DNA of 64,000 nt from Harriotta raleighana (lineage: Eukaryota), in NCBI GenBank assembly GCA_050575255.1, contig JBNZDD010013686.1, positions 2,299,155 through 2,363,154 on the forward strand. The letters are read 5' to 3'. Position numbers and translations under genes: made by a program. The notes under the pieces were generated by a model, which was not told where the DNA came from, made no database searches, and worked only from the letters and a program-made list of their open reading frames with translations. Shown piece after piece: positions 51,961-63,460 of this stretch; within the stretch, counting starts at the first letter, position 1; each line of letters begins with the position of its first letter.

Positions 51961-52016
51961 ACAACAGCAACACATTGCATTTGTAAAGCACCTTTCACAT
52001 CAGGAGGATGTCCCAA
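51961..52016 (-). mobile_element. L2 tail-only fragment
   Basis: ACAACAGCAAC...AGCACCTTTCACATCAGGAGGATGTCCCAA. Confidence 0.75.
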
Positions 52017-52115
52017 CGGAATGAAAGTCACATCAGGATGATTGAGTTTAGGTCAGAAGGCAAACAAATTCAATGACTCTTTATTAGCCCTTCATGTAGA
52101 CTCAGTACATTGTAA

Positions 52116-52258
52116 ATAATTATAATACTTGCATTTAATGGAGCATCCTATTGAATAAAATATCTCAAAGCATTTCATGGTAATTTCTGTTGAATGTCGT
52201 AACTTTGCATTTGTAGGTGAAGGAGGCAGCCAATTTGCCCGTAGCAGTTTCCCATAAA
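52116..52258 (-). mobile_element. Older Deu-type SINE 3' half
   Basis: ATACTTGCATTTAA...TCTCAAAGCATTTCA...GGCAGCCAATTTGCCCGTAGCAGTTTCCCATAAA. Confidence 0.7.
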
Positions 52259-55200
52259 AATAATATTCAGTAATTTCCTATAAAATGAGGACTGTTAACA
52301 ACAATACCAGTGGAAACTCTTTTCTCTACAAAACCACCAACAACAATTGTTGTTTTTGATTAATCCCTTCTTTGAAAGATGCTTTGCAGAGATGAGCACA
52401 GTTTAATGGTTACGTATTACCATTTGTGACTTCAGAAACATTCTTTATGTGATTCCTGACTGATTTCAGTTAGGGTTTAATATCTGAAGCATTATAAAGC
52501 TATAAACAGTCAAATTGAGGAAAACCGTCTTCCCTAATTATTTGAATATTTTTTTACACAGGTGTGCTAACTCAAAATGAAGGCATATTGGTTACATCAC
52601 TGATTTGCTCCCTCAACCTCATACTTTAACATTTTGACTCATGCAAATTACAAAAAATCAAACCATTAACTTTTTTTTAATATGCAGAACAAAAATGATT
52701 TGAATTCAAAAGGAACCTTATTTTATTGCCAAATCTAAGACGCCAAAGGAGAACCTTACAATTGCTGATGAAATCTGTTACTTCTTGTCTTATCCCAGTT
52801 GAATTGTTTTTGAAGGAACAACATACTGTATTCATTTTATCTTCAAGACAGGTTTAATGTTTTATCAAGGCTATTTGAAAATGTGAGTGCCTGGTAAAAA
52901 TACAAGTAAGAAAAAAAAACCTCTTCAACTTTACACATACAATGCATTGAACAATCTTGCGATTCAAAGCATAATAAGAAATTTCTGTCATTAAAAGATA
53001 TAGATTGATATCTCTCTTGGAAATAGGAATAAACAGAGATGAATAAACAGAAACTCCTTCGTCTGGTTCTAAAAGGATTCATTCTACATTTGACAATATT
53101 TGTAACAATATTTGTTTTGACAGTCCTCTGTGATACTACACTGGGTGAAAGGCACTTATATAAATGCATATTGTTGAGAGCACAAATTGTATTATACGAT
53201 TTGTTGTTACTAGCAAGTACAATATGTGGCTGTTGATGAAGACAACACTGAATATCAGTTGGACCATTGTATAAATAGGCCAAGGAATGGCAGAAGTATT
53301 TTAATGGAGATACAAGGTAAATCAATGCTGATTGGAATTTAAAAAAAAACACACTTTATACATTAATACACACAACAAACAGAAGAAATGTCCTTAGGAA
53401 AAATATTTAAGTGTGATCATTGGTGATATTTTTAAAGAATATACAAGTGTTTTTGAGTGTTGAGAAAAATATCCAGACCTTCACACTCTGTGCTGTGACA
53501 AATGGTACAATTTTGCTATTGATTCCTTACAAAAGTTATAATACAAAATAGAGCCTTACAGCGCAAATCACCCATTGTGGAAGTACGCTATTTATCATTG
53601 TTTAAGGAAATTAATATAACTAAAATTATTTCCTTTCTACAGGCTTGATTTCTACAGTTAAGGTATTTTCTCAGAATTAAAAGAACTGTAATGCTACTCT
53701 ATCAAATAAGTTATACAATATCACACAATGCAATAATAACACACATTTATTTGGGTAGGATTGTGCAGTATTTAGAGAGTAAATCACTTGTATGACATCA
53801 GGTCAAATTGGTTTGGCAGCTAGGTTCACTGTTCAGCTACAGCATATGTGATAAGTTTGATATATTGCAGTCAGGTTCCTCAGCTGCGAAGTGTCTGCAC
53901 TTGTTTGTCATCCCGTAGTATGCGTATAACATATCAATAACTATCAATATTTAAAAGATCTGGGTAGGTTTTAAATGACAGAAAGACATTTTTGGAAAAA
54001 CATGCCACAAATGCATTTCATCATAAATGTAACACACTACTAATGTAACAGCAGCTGACAACTTGGAATTAAGTTATAAACTTTGATACTGTTTCCAGCT
54101 GCATAAATCTCTCAGATTCATGACTTCAGCAATCAACAAGAAGATTCTTGACCTAAACAATCTGTGCAACTCAATGTATCTAATTGCACTCAGCTACAAG
54201 CTCTTGCTTGCTATCAACAAGGGATTTAGATAAATGGGAATAAGATACATATTTATTGCAGTAACTGACTGGAAAACAAATGTTAACGCTCGTGCATCAT
54301 TGTTTCTTCAGAGGGATTTCAAAAAGAAGCTTACTTAGAATATCTTCAAAGACTGAATTTAAAACTAGTGTGTGTTTAGATATTTAAGAAATTGTACAGG
54401 GAATCAAGCTCAGGACTCCACTGCAAAACATACATTCACAGCAAATGAGATAGACAAAGATAATCAAAAATTCACAACCATCTAGTAATAAATCTGTAAT
54501 AAGTGACACACTTCAGCAGGCAGAACAGTCGACGGGTGTTTAAATCACCTGAAATAATCTAAATCTCATGACAATCTATTTTGAATGGATTAATGATCAT
54601 AATGCCAATCATTTGTCTGTGAAATGACCTGACCATGGTAATGTATTCTGTTGCACTGCTGGCAACTCCAGTATTACTTATTGTATTGCTAAACGCATAC
54701 ATTGCACGTTGTTGAATTCTGCCGCTGTGTCACAAAGGACAGGGATTTATTTCAACACTGAACTGAAGGATATTTATTAACACGTTAGGTTAATGCTTTT
54801 ATGAAGTGTGTTCACTATCTACTCTTAGTTTTGTATATATGGATCACTCTTGTGGAAAAGTAACAAAAAAAAACCTCTTCTCAGTGCTCCACTATTGTGA
54901 TTAGTCTATTCTAATGCCAGTTACATCTGCATGCATGATTATAAAATAGATTTTTGAAAGTCATCCTTCAGTGTGAAAAATAAGTGGCGAGAAAAAACAT
55001 TTTGAATTCGAGAGAATTTACCTGACCATAAAGTGCAACCATAATTGCTTGAAGAATTGCATTAGCTGCTCATGATTGGACTTTCTGAAAGAATTATAAA
55101 CTATTATAGGAAACATTTCCAAAAAAGTGACCACAGCTGCAAGAAAAATATATTATAATAGAAGTGATTGCATCCAAGGCAGCAAATGCACATCAGAAGT

Positions 55201-56812
55201 CGTCATGGTGCGTTGGAAAAAAAAACAGTTACTGTTTTCCAAACGTCAGGAGTGCATTTCAGAAAAAAACATGATACATAATTTCCAAACCAGGGAACGT
55301 CAACATTAGCTTTGCCTCAAATTCTGTTAATGCACTCACTTAAAATATTCCTCAGTAGGAAGTGCGACAACCATATCAGTACATTATGGAAACATAATGG
55401 TTGCAAAATTATCTTGGAAGCTACTGGCAATCCACACTTACTGTCAATGACTGGTATAAATAAATATGTTACCAGTGAATGTGTAATAAAAAGGGCCCCA
55501 AGAATCAAATATGATTCCCAACAGTTGATTTAATTCAACTGCTGCCTGCTCAATGTGTCAGGCAATTTTCCTGAAGCTATTTCAGTGCAGATTGTGATTC
55601 TAAATGTGCCATCCATAAAAAAAGGATTAGATTAACAATAGCATTAATAAACCTGGAAAATTTACAATGCTACACTATTGAACTTAAAATTAACATTTCA
55701 ATCTTTTTTAACAGTACTGTATTATTGATGGAATAATCCTTCACAGAAAATTTCTGTTTCTTCAGTTACTATGTTCATACAAATAAAATTGTCAATAAGT
55801 GGATCAAAGGTATAAAATTTAACAAAGGTACAAGCTCTTTAGTTGACGTGTAATTAAAATGATATTCTATTTGTAATTTATTAGTACTGATGAAGTACAA
55901 TAGACCAACATTAAAGGAATAGAATCACTGAAGAAATCTAGCAGGACAGAAGAGCACACATTTTGTTTAAAATGTTCCAAGTTGTTTCCTCCTGTCACAT
56001 GGCATAATACTTACTGGTTTGACTTGTGCAATAAAATGAGGCCGCAAAAAAAAATAGTTTGTCACGACTGTTCCAGATGTTAAGCCTCAAGCTTTAATTA
56101 TGTCCCAAGAGTGAATTTTATTCTGTTGGCATCATAGTTAAACTGTGTCCCCAATGCATGTTGAAATACAGTAAAAACATATTTTAGTATAGAACCTCTT
56201 TTGAAGTATGTCATGAAAGAGGAGGTGGAGTTTGTATTGATACGCATTGCCAATGGACTTGTGTTTGATTTACAGAATGGACCTGTCAGAAAACAGACAA
56301 AAATCACTGTTCTATGTACTATTTGTTCATCTCAGTCTACATCTGCTGCATCAAAATAAGAAATCTATAAACAAACACACATTGTTGTTGGCTGCTGCAT
56401 ATCTAGTTATTTTTTGAAGAAGGAGCACATTGACAACATCAGTTGTTTAGATTTGCTATAAATTTATAAGAAGCACCCTGAAGCATACCTAAACATGTCG
56501 GAATAATTGGGCAATCAGACAGCTGCCAGTCAGCTGCATTCCCATAGTAATTTGGAGAGACTTGTTTACCACAGAATGAGTGCCAGTTGGTTTGGTTCAG
56601 TTGAATTCTAATACTTCCAGCATGATTCTGCAATCAATTAACTTATGGCACCAAACTGTGTTCAAACGGCAGCAACATGCAACTAATTGCCTTCACTAAT
56701 CCTGATGGAGACTATGTGGTCTCCTATCATAATTTGAGTGGAATTGGAGGAAAGCACCATGGGATGTTGAAGATAGATGACCTCCTAGAAAGAAGAATCA
56801 CAAAACAATAAT

Positions 56813-57361
56813 TCATAGAATTTTATGGCACAAAAGGAGGCCATTCAGCCCATCTAGTCTGTACCGGCTCTTAGAAAAAGGCAACTCAATCCCACTGCCC
56901 AGCTTTCTCCCCATAACCTAACAGATCCATTCTCCCTAAATGAAGATCTAATTCTCTTTTAAAAGCTGTTATCGAATTGGCCTCCACCACCTTTTCAGGC
57001 AATTAATTCCAGATTCGAACAACCCGCTGAGTGAAAAAATTTCTCCTCAGCTCCCATCTGCTTCGCTTTGAAACTATATTAAATCTGTGACCACAAGTCA
57101 CAGATTCACCCACCAGTGGAAATTATTTTTCCTTATTCCCCCTGTCGAATCCTCTCATGATTTTATAAACCTCTATTAGGTCTCCTCTCAATCTTCTCTC
57201 TTCCAAAGAGAATACACCTAACCTATTAGCCTTTCCCCATAACTAAAGTCCCTCAATCCTTCTTTGCACCCTTTCCAATACCTTAACATCCTTTCTATAG
57301 TGTGCTGACCAGAATTGGACGCAGTACTCCAGATGAGGCCTCACCAAAGTTTTATACAGGT
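56813..57361 (-). mobile_element. CR1 LINE 3' fragment
   Basis: TCATAGAA terminus, same 3' UTR as the 41.3 and 62.5 kb copies; minus strand [50 protein letters not shown] (with frameshifts). Confidence 0.95.
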
Positions 57362-58494
57362 TAGATTCATTGCAAATCATTTTAATGATCGGCTACTATT
57401 ATAAATAACATTTGCTTGATTACATCAACCGAACAACAAATCTGAAGGAATAGTATTAATCATGTGCTGCCTTCAATCAGGAACCTGCCAGCTCACTGTC
57501 CTCAGCCAATGTCTTTCTCAGTTGGCTAGGATGGTAATACCTGGATAATGGAAGTCAGAACATTTGAGTTGTTCATCAACATTGACAAGATTTCGGATTG
57601 GTCCTGTTGAACTACTTGGAGTTGAGCCCAGCATCTGCAGCACGTTATCTTAAAATTATAATTTCAGTTTGTTTGGCCTGCTTCCATTCAGAAACAGAGA
57701 GCTGTTTGACTGGTCACCTGAGACTTGTGAGGCTCGGTTTCAGGAAAACTGGCTGTAAAACATAAGGAGTTTAGAAGCAGCTTCTAGACCAGCAATGGTC
57801 TGTCTCTGCATAACTAAGAAGCTTCACAATACTTCTTCCATGTTATGTCTTTTTGCGCAAAATACACTGAATGGGAAGAGTCATATGAGCAGATAATAAT
57901 TTAGCCAGAAAAACTATGAACAAGTAATAACAAGTAACACTCACCATTTTTTTATCTGAAGTGGGGACAAAACACTCCTTAAGGAAAATTGGCAAGCAGA
58001 AACAAAATGGTTAATATTATCAGGCAGGAAGTCTAAAAGCATTTTTTTTACACATTAAACATTGTCAGCCTAGTCAAATGGCAAAGTTCACAGTGCAATA
58101 AATCACCCAAGTTTGGAAAGGGAACTACACAATCACAAGATAAATCAAGAAGAAATGTTTTGACCAGTAGAAACTTCGGTCTTAAAATACAATAGATTAT
58201 AAAAGGATGATAAAACAGAAATAAGAAGTTTTATCCAATTACATTTTCTGAAAATTGTTGTTCACTCTCAGTGACCACCTGTTACGTCTATAGCATTTTT
58301 AATGTTATTAACTATTCATGAACTTGCCTGTGATGGAAAATCTAAGTGGTTTATATTGTTGTAAGATAACAAGTTCAAAGTGCTTTTTGACAGGGCATTT
58401 GTTGTGTGAAAAAATCCATTTTCTGACTTGCTGATATTTTTATGAATACAATTTCCACTTGGCCAAGAACTGAGGGCATCTGTGCAGCAGTCTG

Positions 58495-59825
58495 ACTCCC
58501 ACTCATCCTCCCCTATGCACCTTTGAACCCGTCTCCCCTTCCTCCATCTCTAAGCTGGTCCTGACCCTGAAGCCCACCACCTGCTCCCTGGATCCCATCC
58601 CCACTCCACTCCTTATCTCCCAGCTTCACCTCCTTACCCCATTTTTCACGGATATAATTAACCTGTCCCTCTCCTCTGGTTCAGTCCCCATTCCCCTTAA
58701 GACTGCCACCATCACTCCCACCCTCAAGAAACCTTCCCTTGATGCGTCGCAGCTTTCTAGCTACCGACCCATCTCCAACCTCCCCTTCCTGTCCAAGGTC
58801 CTGGAAAGAGTCGTTGCCTCCCAGCTGCGCTCTTTCCTCTCCAACCACTCACTCCTCGAACCCCTCCAGTCGGGTTTCCGTGCTGCACATAGCACGGAAA
58901 CTGCCCTGGTCAAGGTCACNNNNNNNNNNNNNNNNNNNNNNNNNNNNNNNNNNNNNNNNNNNNNNNNNNNNNNNNNNNNNNNNNNNNNNNNNNNNNNNNN
59001 NNNNNNNNNNNNNNNNNNNNNNNNNNNNNNNNNNNNNNNNNNNNNNNNNNNNNNNNNNNNNNNNNNNNNNNNNNNNNNNNNNNNNNNNNNNNNNNNNNNN
59101 NNNNNNNNNNNNNNNNNNNNNNNNNNNNNNNNNNNNNNNNNNNNNNNNNNNNNNNNNNNNNNNNNNNNNNNNNNNNNNNNNNNNNNNNNNNNNNNNNNNN
59201 NNNNNNNNNNNNNNNNNNNNNNNNNNNNNNNNNNNNNNNNNNNNNNNNNNNNNNNNNNNNNNNNNNNNNNNNNNNNNNNNNNNNNNNNNNNNNNNNNNNN
59301 NNNNNNNNNNNNNNNNNNNNNNNNNNNNNNNNNNNNNNNNNNNNNNNNNNNNNNNNNNNNNNNNNNNNNNNNNNNNNNNNNNNNNNNNNNNNNNNNNNNN
59401 NNNNNNNNNNNNNNNNNNNNNNNNNNNNNNNNNNNNNNNNNNNNNNNNNNNNNNNNNNNNNNNNNNNNNNNNNNNNNNNNNNNNNNNNNNNNNNNNNNNN
59501 NNNNNNNNNNNNNNNNNNNNNNNNNNNNNNNNNNNNNNNNNNNNNNNNNNNNNNNNNNNNNNNNNNNNNNNNNNNNNNNNNNNNNNNNNNNNNNNNNNNN
59601 NNNNNNNNNNNNNNNNNNNNNNNNNNNNNNNNNNNNNNNNNNNNNNNNNNNNNNNNNNNNNNNNNNNNNNNNNNNTCTCTACCCCCTCCTTGCTCCCACC
59701 CTTACCCCCCCCTCACCCTGAACATTTTCCCTTGCTCGGGTCCTGAACCAATCTGTCCAGCGCCTTGGGACGTCCTCCTGACGTGAAACGCGCTCTATAA
59801 GTGTAATTTTGTTGTTGTTGTTGTT
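58495..59825 (+). mobile_element. Young 5'-truncated L2 LINE spanning an assembly gap
   Basis: Stop-free frame (codons in phase with 58501): KPTTCSLDPIP...IINLSLSSGSVP..LKTATITPTLKKPSLD...YRPISNLPFLSKVLERVVASQL...LQSGFRAAHSTETALVKV (start of RT); after the gap a C-rich UTR, stem-loop and (GTT)5. Confidence 0.95.
58920..59675. other. Assembly gap (756 N)
   Basis: Run of N inside the L2. Confidence 1.
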
Positions 59826-59902
59826 ATCCAAAAGTCTATACTTTGAAAAGAGGAGGAGAAAATTGACAAAAGCTATACTAATAATCCCGTTATTTGATGT
59901 TT

Positions 59903-59962
59903 TGCTTTGGGATGTCCTCCCAATATGAAAGGCACGCTAGAAATGTAATTTTGTTATTGTTG
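59903..59962 (+). mobile_element. L2 tail-only fragment
   Basis: TGCTTTGGGATGTCCTCCCAATATGAAAGGCACGCTAGAAATGTAATTTTGTTATTGTTG. Confidence 0.8.
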
Positions 59963-60221
59963 CATTACCAAGTCATTGAGATACCTCAAAGCATTTTCAC
60001 TTAAATACTGTAAGTGGCCTGGCTGTGTATATCGTGGGCACACTTACAGATCACATATTTGATAAGATTACTGAATCATTAATAGCTCTAATTAGAAGAC
60101 ATTAAAACATTTTTAACAAGGCCTTCAGCATTATGAAGCTTCATAATTTTGATAACGGATGTTGTAATACAGTATACAGTATATGGCTACAGACTACCAT
60201 AGCCAGATACACACTGAACAT

Positions 60222-60269
60222 TATATGCTGCCTGACCTGCTGAGTTTTCCCAGCAACTTCTGTTTTTGT
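60222..60269 (+). mobile_element. 48-bp insertion, Penelope-type terminal motif, 14-bp TSD
   Basis: ATGCTGCCTGACCTGCTGAGTTTTCCCAGCAACTTCTGTTTT flanked by TACACACTGAACAT at 60208-60221 and 60270-60283; family assignment recalled from shark repeats. Confidence 0.7.
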
Positions 60270-60422
60270 TACACACTGAACATACATGACGGCAGATTGA
60301 ATTTAGGAGGAATAGACACAGGGGAACATGTAAAAGCCTGGATCCTGCATTCAGTGTCCTGCAATCCCTCTTACAACTTGCTTACAGTACTTGCATGTCC
60401 CTGGTTTCTCAGTCAGTGTTCG

Positions 60423-60436
60423 GTGACCATGGCAAC
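60423..60436. promoter_or_regulatory. RFX X-box-like motif
   Basis: GTGACCATGGCAAC versus consensus GTNRCCATGGYAAC. Confidence 0.4.
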
Positions 60437-60958
60437 TTTTCTGAAACACCCCTGCCAATGTGGCTATGCTTCAGATGCCTTTGTTCTCTCTGGTACAGAA
60501 GCAAGGAAACAACGGAGGATCCAGTCTCTGCGTCTCCCACTCAGTTACACTTCAAGGAGGCCTTGTGCAGTGACCTCATGCCTTGGTTAACCACATTACT
60601 GGACAGTCTGTCACATTTTAAAATGTTTTTTAATTAAACAGAACTTTTGTTCTATTACGCATGGTAAGATTTTCAAACATCTATGACATGCATTGTGAAA
60701 GATTTGATCCTTTGGAGAAACATATTGCAGATTTTTGATAACAATCTGTCAATTCTTAAGTAAATAAGGTGAGCAATTTCCTCGTCTGCAGTCGCAAAAT
60801 ATACCCAATATATTAATCTTGGGAGGCAATGGATTTGATAAAAGATCATTCTATGGGTAATGAATTGGTGGGGGGAAGGGAAATAAAATTAACCAATTAG
60901 TTTCAAACTTCATTGTGTGAAGTGCTCAAGATGGCAATGGTTTTGTTAAATTAAGGGG

Positions 60959-61091
60959 TAAGCGTAGGCAGCAGGTGAAAATATTCTTGTGGTGGATGGG
61001 GCTGAGGGGGGGGCGGGTCAAAGTGCTATAGATTTGGAGGGAGAGGGGGTATTGGCTGAGCCCCCTCTGGCCCTCGCCACCTACCATTTAT
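60959..61091. mobile_element. GC-rich decayed MITE-like element (possibly Harbinger type)
   Basis: Imperfect terminal inverted repeats TAAGCGTAGGCAGCAGG and CCTCGCCACCTACCATTTA; internal GGGGCTGAG and CTGAGCCCC. Confidence 0.35.
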
Positions 61092-61498
61092 GGTGGTGAT
61101 GCAGAGTGTCTCGTTGAGCATTGATCTATTGTGGGCACAGCTGTCTGGGCAGTTTTCTATGTGTTGAAAAGCTAGCTTCCTTTTACTTACTTACTACTGT
61201 AGTCAGTTTTGTGCTGCTGCAGTCCTAGGAACAACATTTTACATGTAACAGTGCTGCTTTAGATTATAGCCCAGCCTCAGCTTTGCAGAATAGATAATAC
61301 CTGACATTATCACTTTCAGAGAGATGCTGCTTCGGCTTATATAAGCACCGAAACAATACGATTACTTTATTCTATCACCTGAACTCCCTTAAAAATCCAC
61401 AATCAATGACATCCTAAGGTTGCTTACTTAAAACGATAAACTGTTACTTTTATAGCTCTTTAGGCAGAAAAATCTCATATTGAAAAATAAATGACAGG

Positions 61499-61652
61499 CA
61501 ATGATTGAATATTTTTCTCCATATTGGAGAACAAGCTTCAAAACCTATTAATGACTTCAATAATAATAAATAAATAATAATAAATTCAATACAGTGATTG
61601 AAAACTTTTCTCCATATCAGAAACAAGCTTCAAACCCTATTAATGATTCAAT
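61499..61652. repeat. Direct repeat of about 62 bp separated by a (TAA/TAAA)n spacer
   Basis: 61499-61561 and 61592-61652 both read CA(A/G)TGATTGAA...TTTTCTCCATAT...AACAAGCTTCAAA.CCTATTAATGA.TTCAAT. Confidence 0.9.
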
Positions 61653-61845
61653 GCATTTCATTTTATCAACCAAATTATTAAAAGATTGTTCTCTTTTACG
61701 TTATACCATTCACTTTGCTCTAGTAAAGAGAATATCAGTTGTCAAACTAAACAAATCCCACCTACATATTTGGATGTTTCTTACAAGCATTGGAAATACA
61801 CTAAAACTGATGCTGCTGTTTAGAGCAGAATTGTTGTCAGAGAGA

Positions 61846-61951
61846 ACAACAACAAAATTACATTTCTAGAGTGCCTTTCACGTTGGGAGGACAACAGCAA
61901 CAAAATTACACTTGTATAGCGCCTTTCACGTCAGGAGGACATCCCAAGGCG
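61846..61951 (-). mobile_element. Two L2 tails in tandem
   Basis: AACAAAATTACA...GCCTTTCACGT..GGAGGACA occurs twice head to tail. Confidence 0.88.
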
Positions 61952-62389
61952 TTGAATTAAGGTAGCACTGATTAAATGAATGTACTCTTATCCATATTAG
62001 TATCAAGATTATTTTCAAAACTGGTTTATTTTGTAAGTTTTTCTCTGGCAATGACGACAGAATAGAATGGAAGCAATAAGACAACTGGGAGGCAACACAT
62101 AGCACTTAAATAGCAGTAAAGCTGTGTGAAATGTGAAAGAAATACATACACCCACTCACATAGACAGGCCTGCAGAGATAAGATTCCCTGCAGGATGATA
62201 CTCCTCCTGCTCATTCTGCAACAAATCAAAGAAATTATTTTTAAAATGAGCTTTTAACAATTAGAATGGTGCTAGAAAAGAATTAAGGTTAAAATGACTG
62301 TCAGAAATGCCTATTTTCCCAGATTATAATAATAACCTGAGTTGTAAATTAAATATTATCCTGCTTGACTATAATAACAGCTTGCACTG

Positions 62390-62481
62390 GGTGGTGGGGG
62401 CTGGAGGTGAGGAAGGTCGAAAAGGAAGGCATTGAGGTGGGACTTGAAAAAGGGGAGAGAGGGGGCATGGGGGAAAGAGTT
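62390..62481 (-). mobile_element. Older L2 fragment, left part (interrupted by CR1)
   Basis: Purine-rich L2 ORF2-end/UTR complement (GAGGTGGGACTTGAA = FKSHL on the minus strand). Confidence 0.6.
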
Positions 62482-63329
62482 CATAGATTCATAGATTCAT
62501 AGAAGTTTACGGCACAAAAGGAGGCCATTCGGCCCATCTAGTCTGTGCCGGCTCTTTGAAAAGAGCGATTTAATCCCACTGCCCTGCTCGCTCCCCATAG
62601 CCTAATAGACCTGTTCTCCCTAAATAAAGATCTAATTCCCTTTTANNNNNNNNNNNNNNNNNNNNNNNNNNNNNNNNNNNNNNNNNNNNNNNNNNNNNNN
62701 NNNNNNNNNNNNNNNNNNNNNNNNNNNNNNNNNNNNNNNNNNNNNNNNNNNNNNNNNNNNNNNNNNNNNNNNNNNNNNNNNNNNNNNNNNNNNNNNNNNN
62801 NNNNNNNNNNNNNNNNNNNNNNNNNNNNNNNNNNNNNNNNNNNNNNNNNNNNNNNNNNNNNNNNNNNNNNNNNNNNNNNNNNNNNNNNNNNNNNNNNNNN
62901 NNNNNNNNNNNNNNNNNNNNNNNNNNNNNNNNNNNNNNNNNNNNNNNNNNNNNNNNNNNNNNNNNNNNNNNNNNNNNNNNNNNNNNNNNNNNNNNNNNNN
63001 NNNNNNNNNNNNNNNNNNNNNNNNNNNNNNNNNNNNNNNNNNNNNNNNNNNNNNNNNNNNNNNNNNNNNNNNNNNNNNNNNNNNNNNNNNCATTAAACTT
63101 CATCTGCCATGTGTCTGCCCACTTTACCAATTTGTCTATATCTTCTTGCAGATGGTTACTATCCTCCTCACTATTTACTATTCTCCCTAACTTAGTGTCA
63201 TCTGCAAACTTGGAAACTGTACTCTTTACACCCAAGTCCAGATCATTGATGTAGATTACAAAGAGCAATGGCCCCAAAACCGATCCCTGTGGCCCAAAAC
63301 CGATCCCTGTGGCCCAAAACCGATCCCTG
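62481..63329 (-). mobile_element. Young 5'-truncated CR1 LINE spanning an assembly gap
   Basis: PQGSVLGPLLFVIYINDLD...SKFADDTKLG...LQEDIDKLVKWADTWQMKFN (RT core FADD), KRELDLYL...GYGERAGQWD, 3' UTR and three 8-bp terminal repeats. Confidence 0.97.
62646..63090. other. Assembly gap (445 N)
   Basis: Run of N inside the CR1. Confidence 1.
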
Positions 63330-63460
63330 AGTTGAGGGACAGTGTTCCAGAGTTTGGGGGAGTAGTATCTTAAAAGCACGACCTCCAAAGATAGAGCGGA
63401 GGGTCAGAAGGATGAGCAGGAGGCACTGGGGGATGGATTGAGAATGAGGAGGTCGGATGC
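63330..63460 (-). mobile_element. Older L2 fragment, right part
   Basis: Minus strand YSPKLWNTVP, with GGRAF (GGAGGTCGTGCTTTT) in another frame; typical L2 ORF2 C-terminus. Confidence 0.7.

Noticed and set aside
58739-59746. 335-aa ORF
   Set aside because: Wrong frame of the L2 RT and inflated by the N gap
63269-63329. CRISPR-like repeat
   Set aside because: No spacers; the unit is CR1 coding sequence in a vertebrate genome
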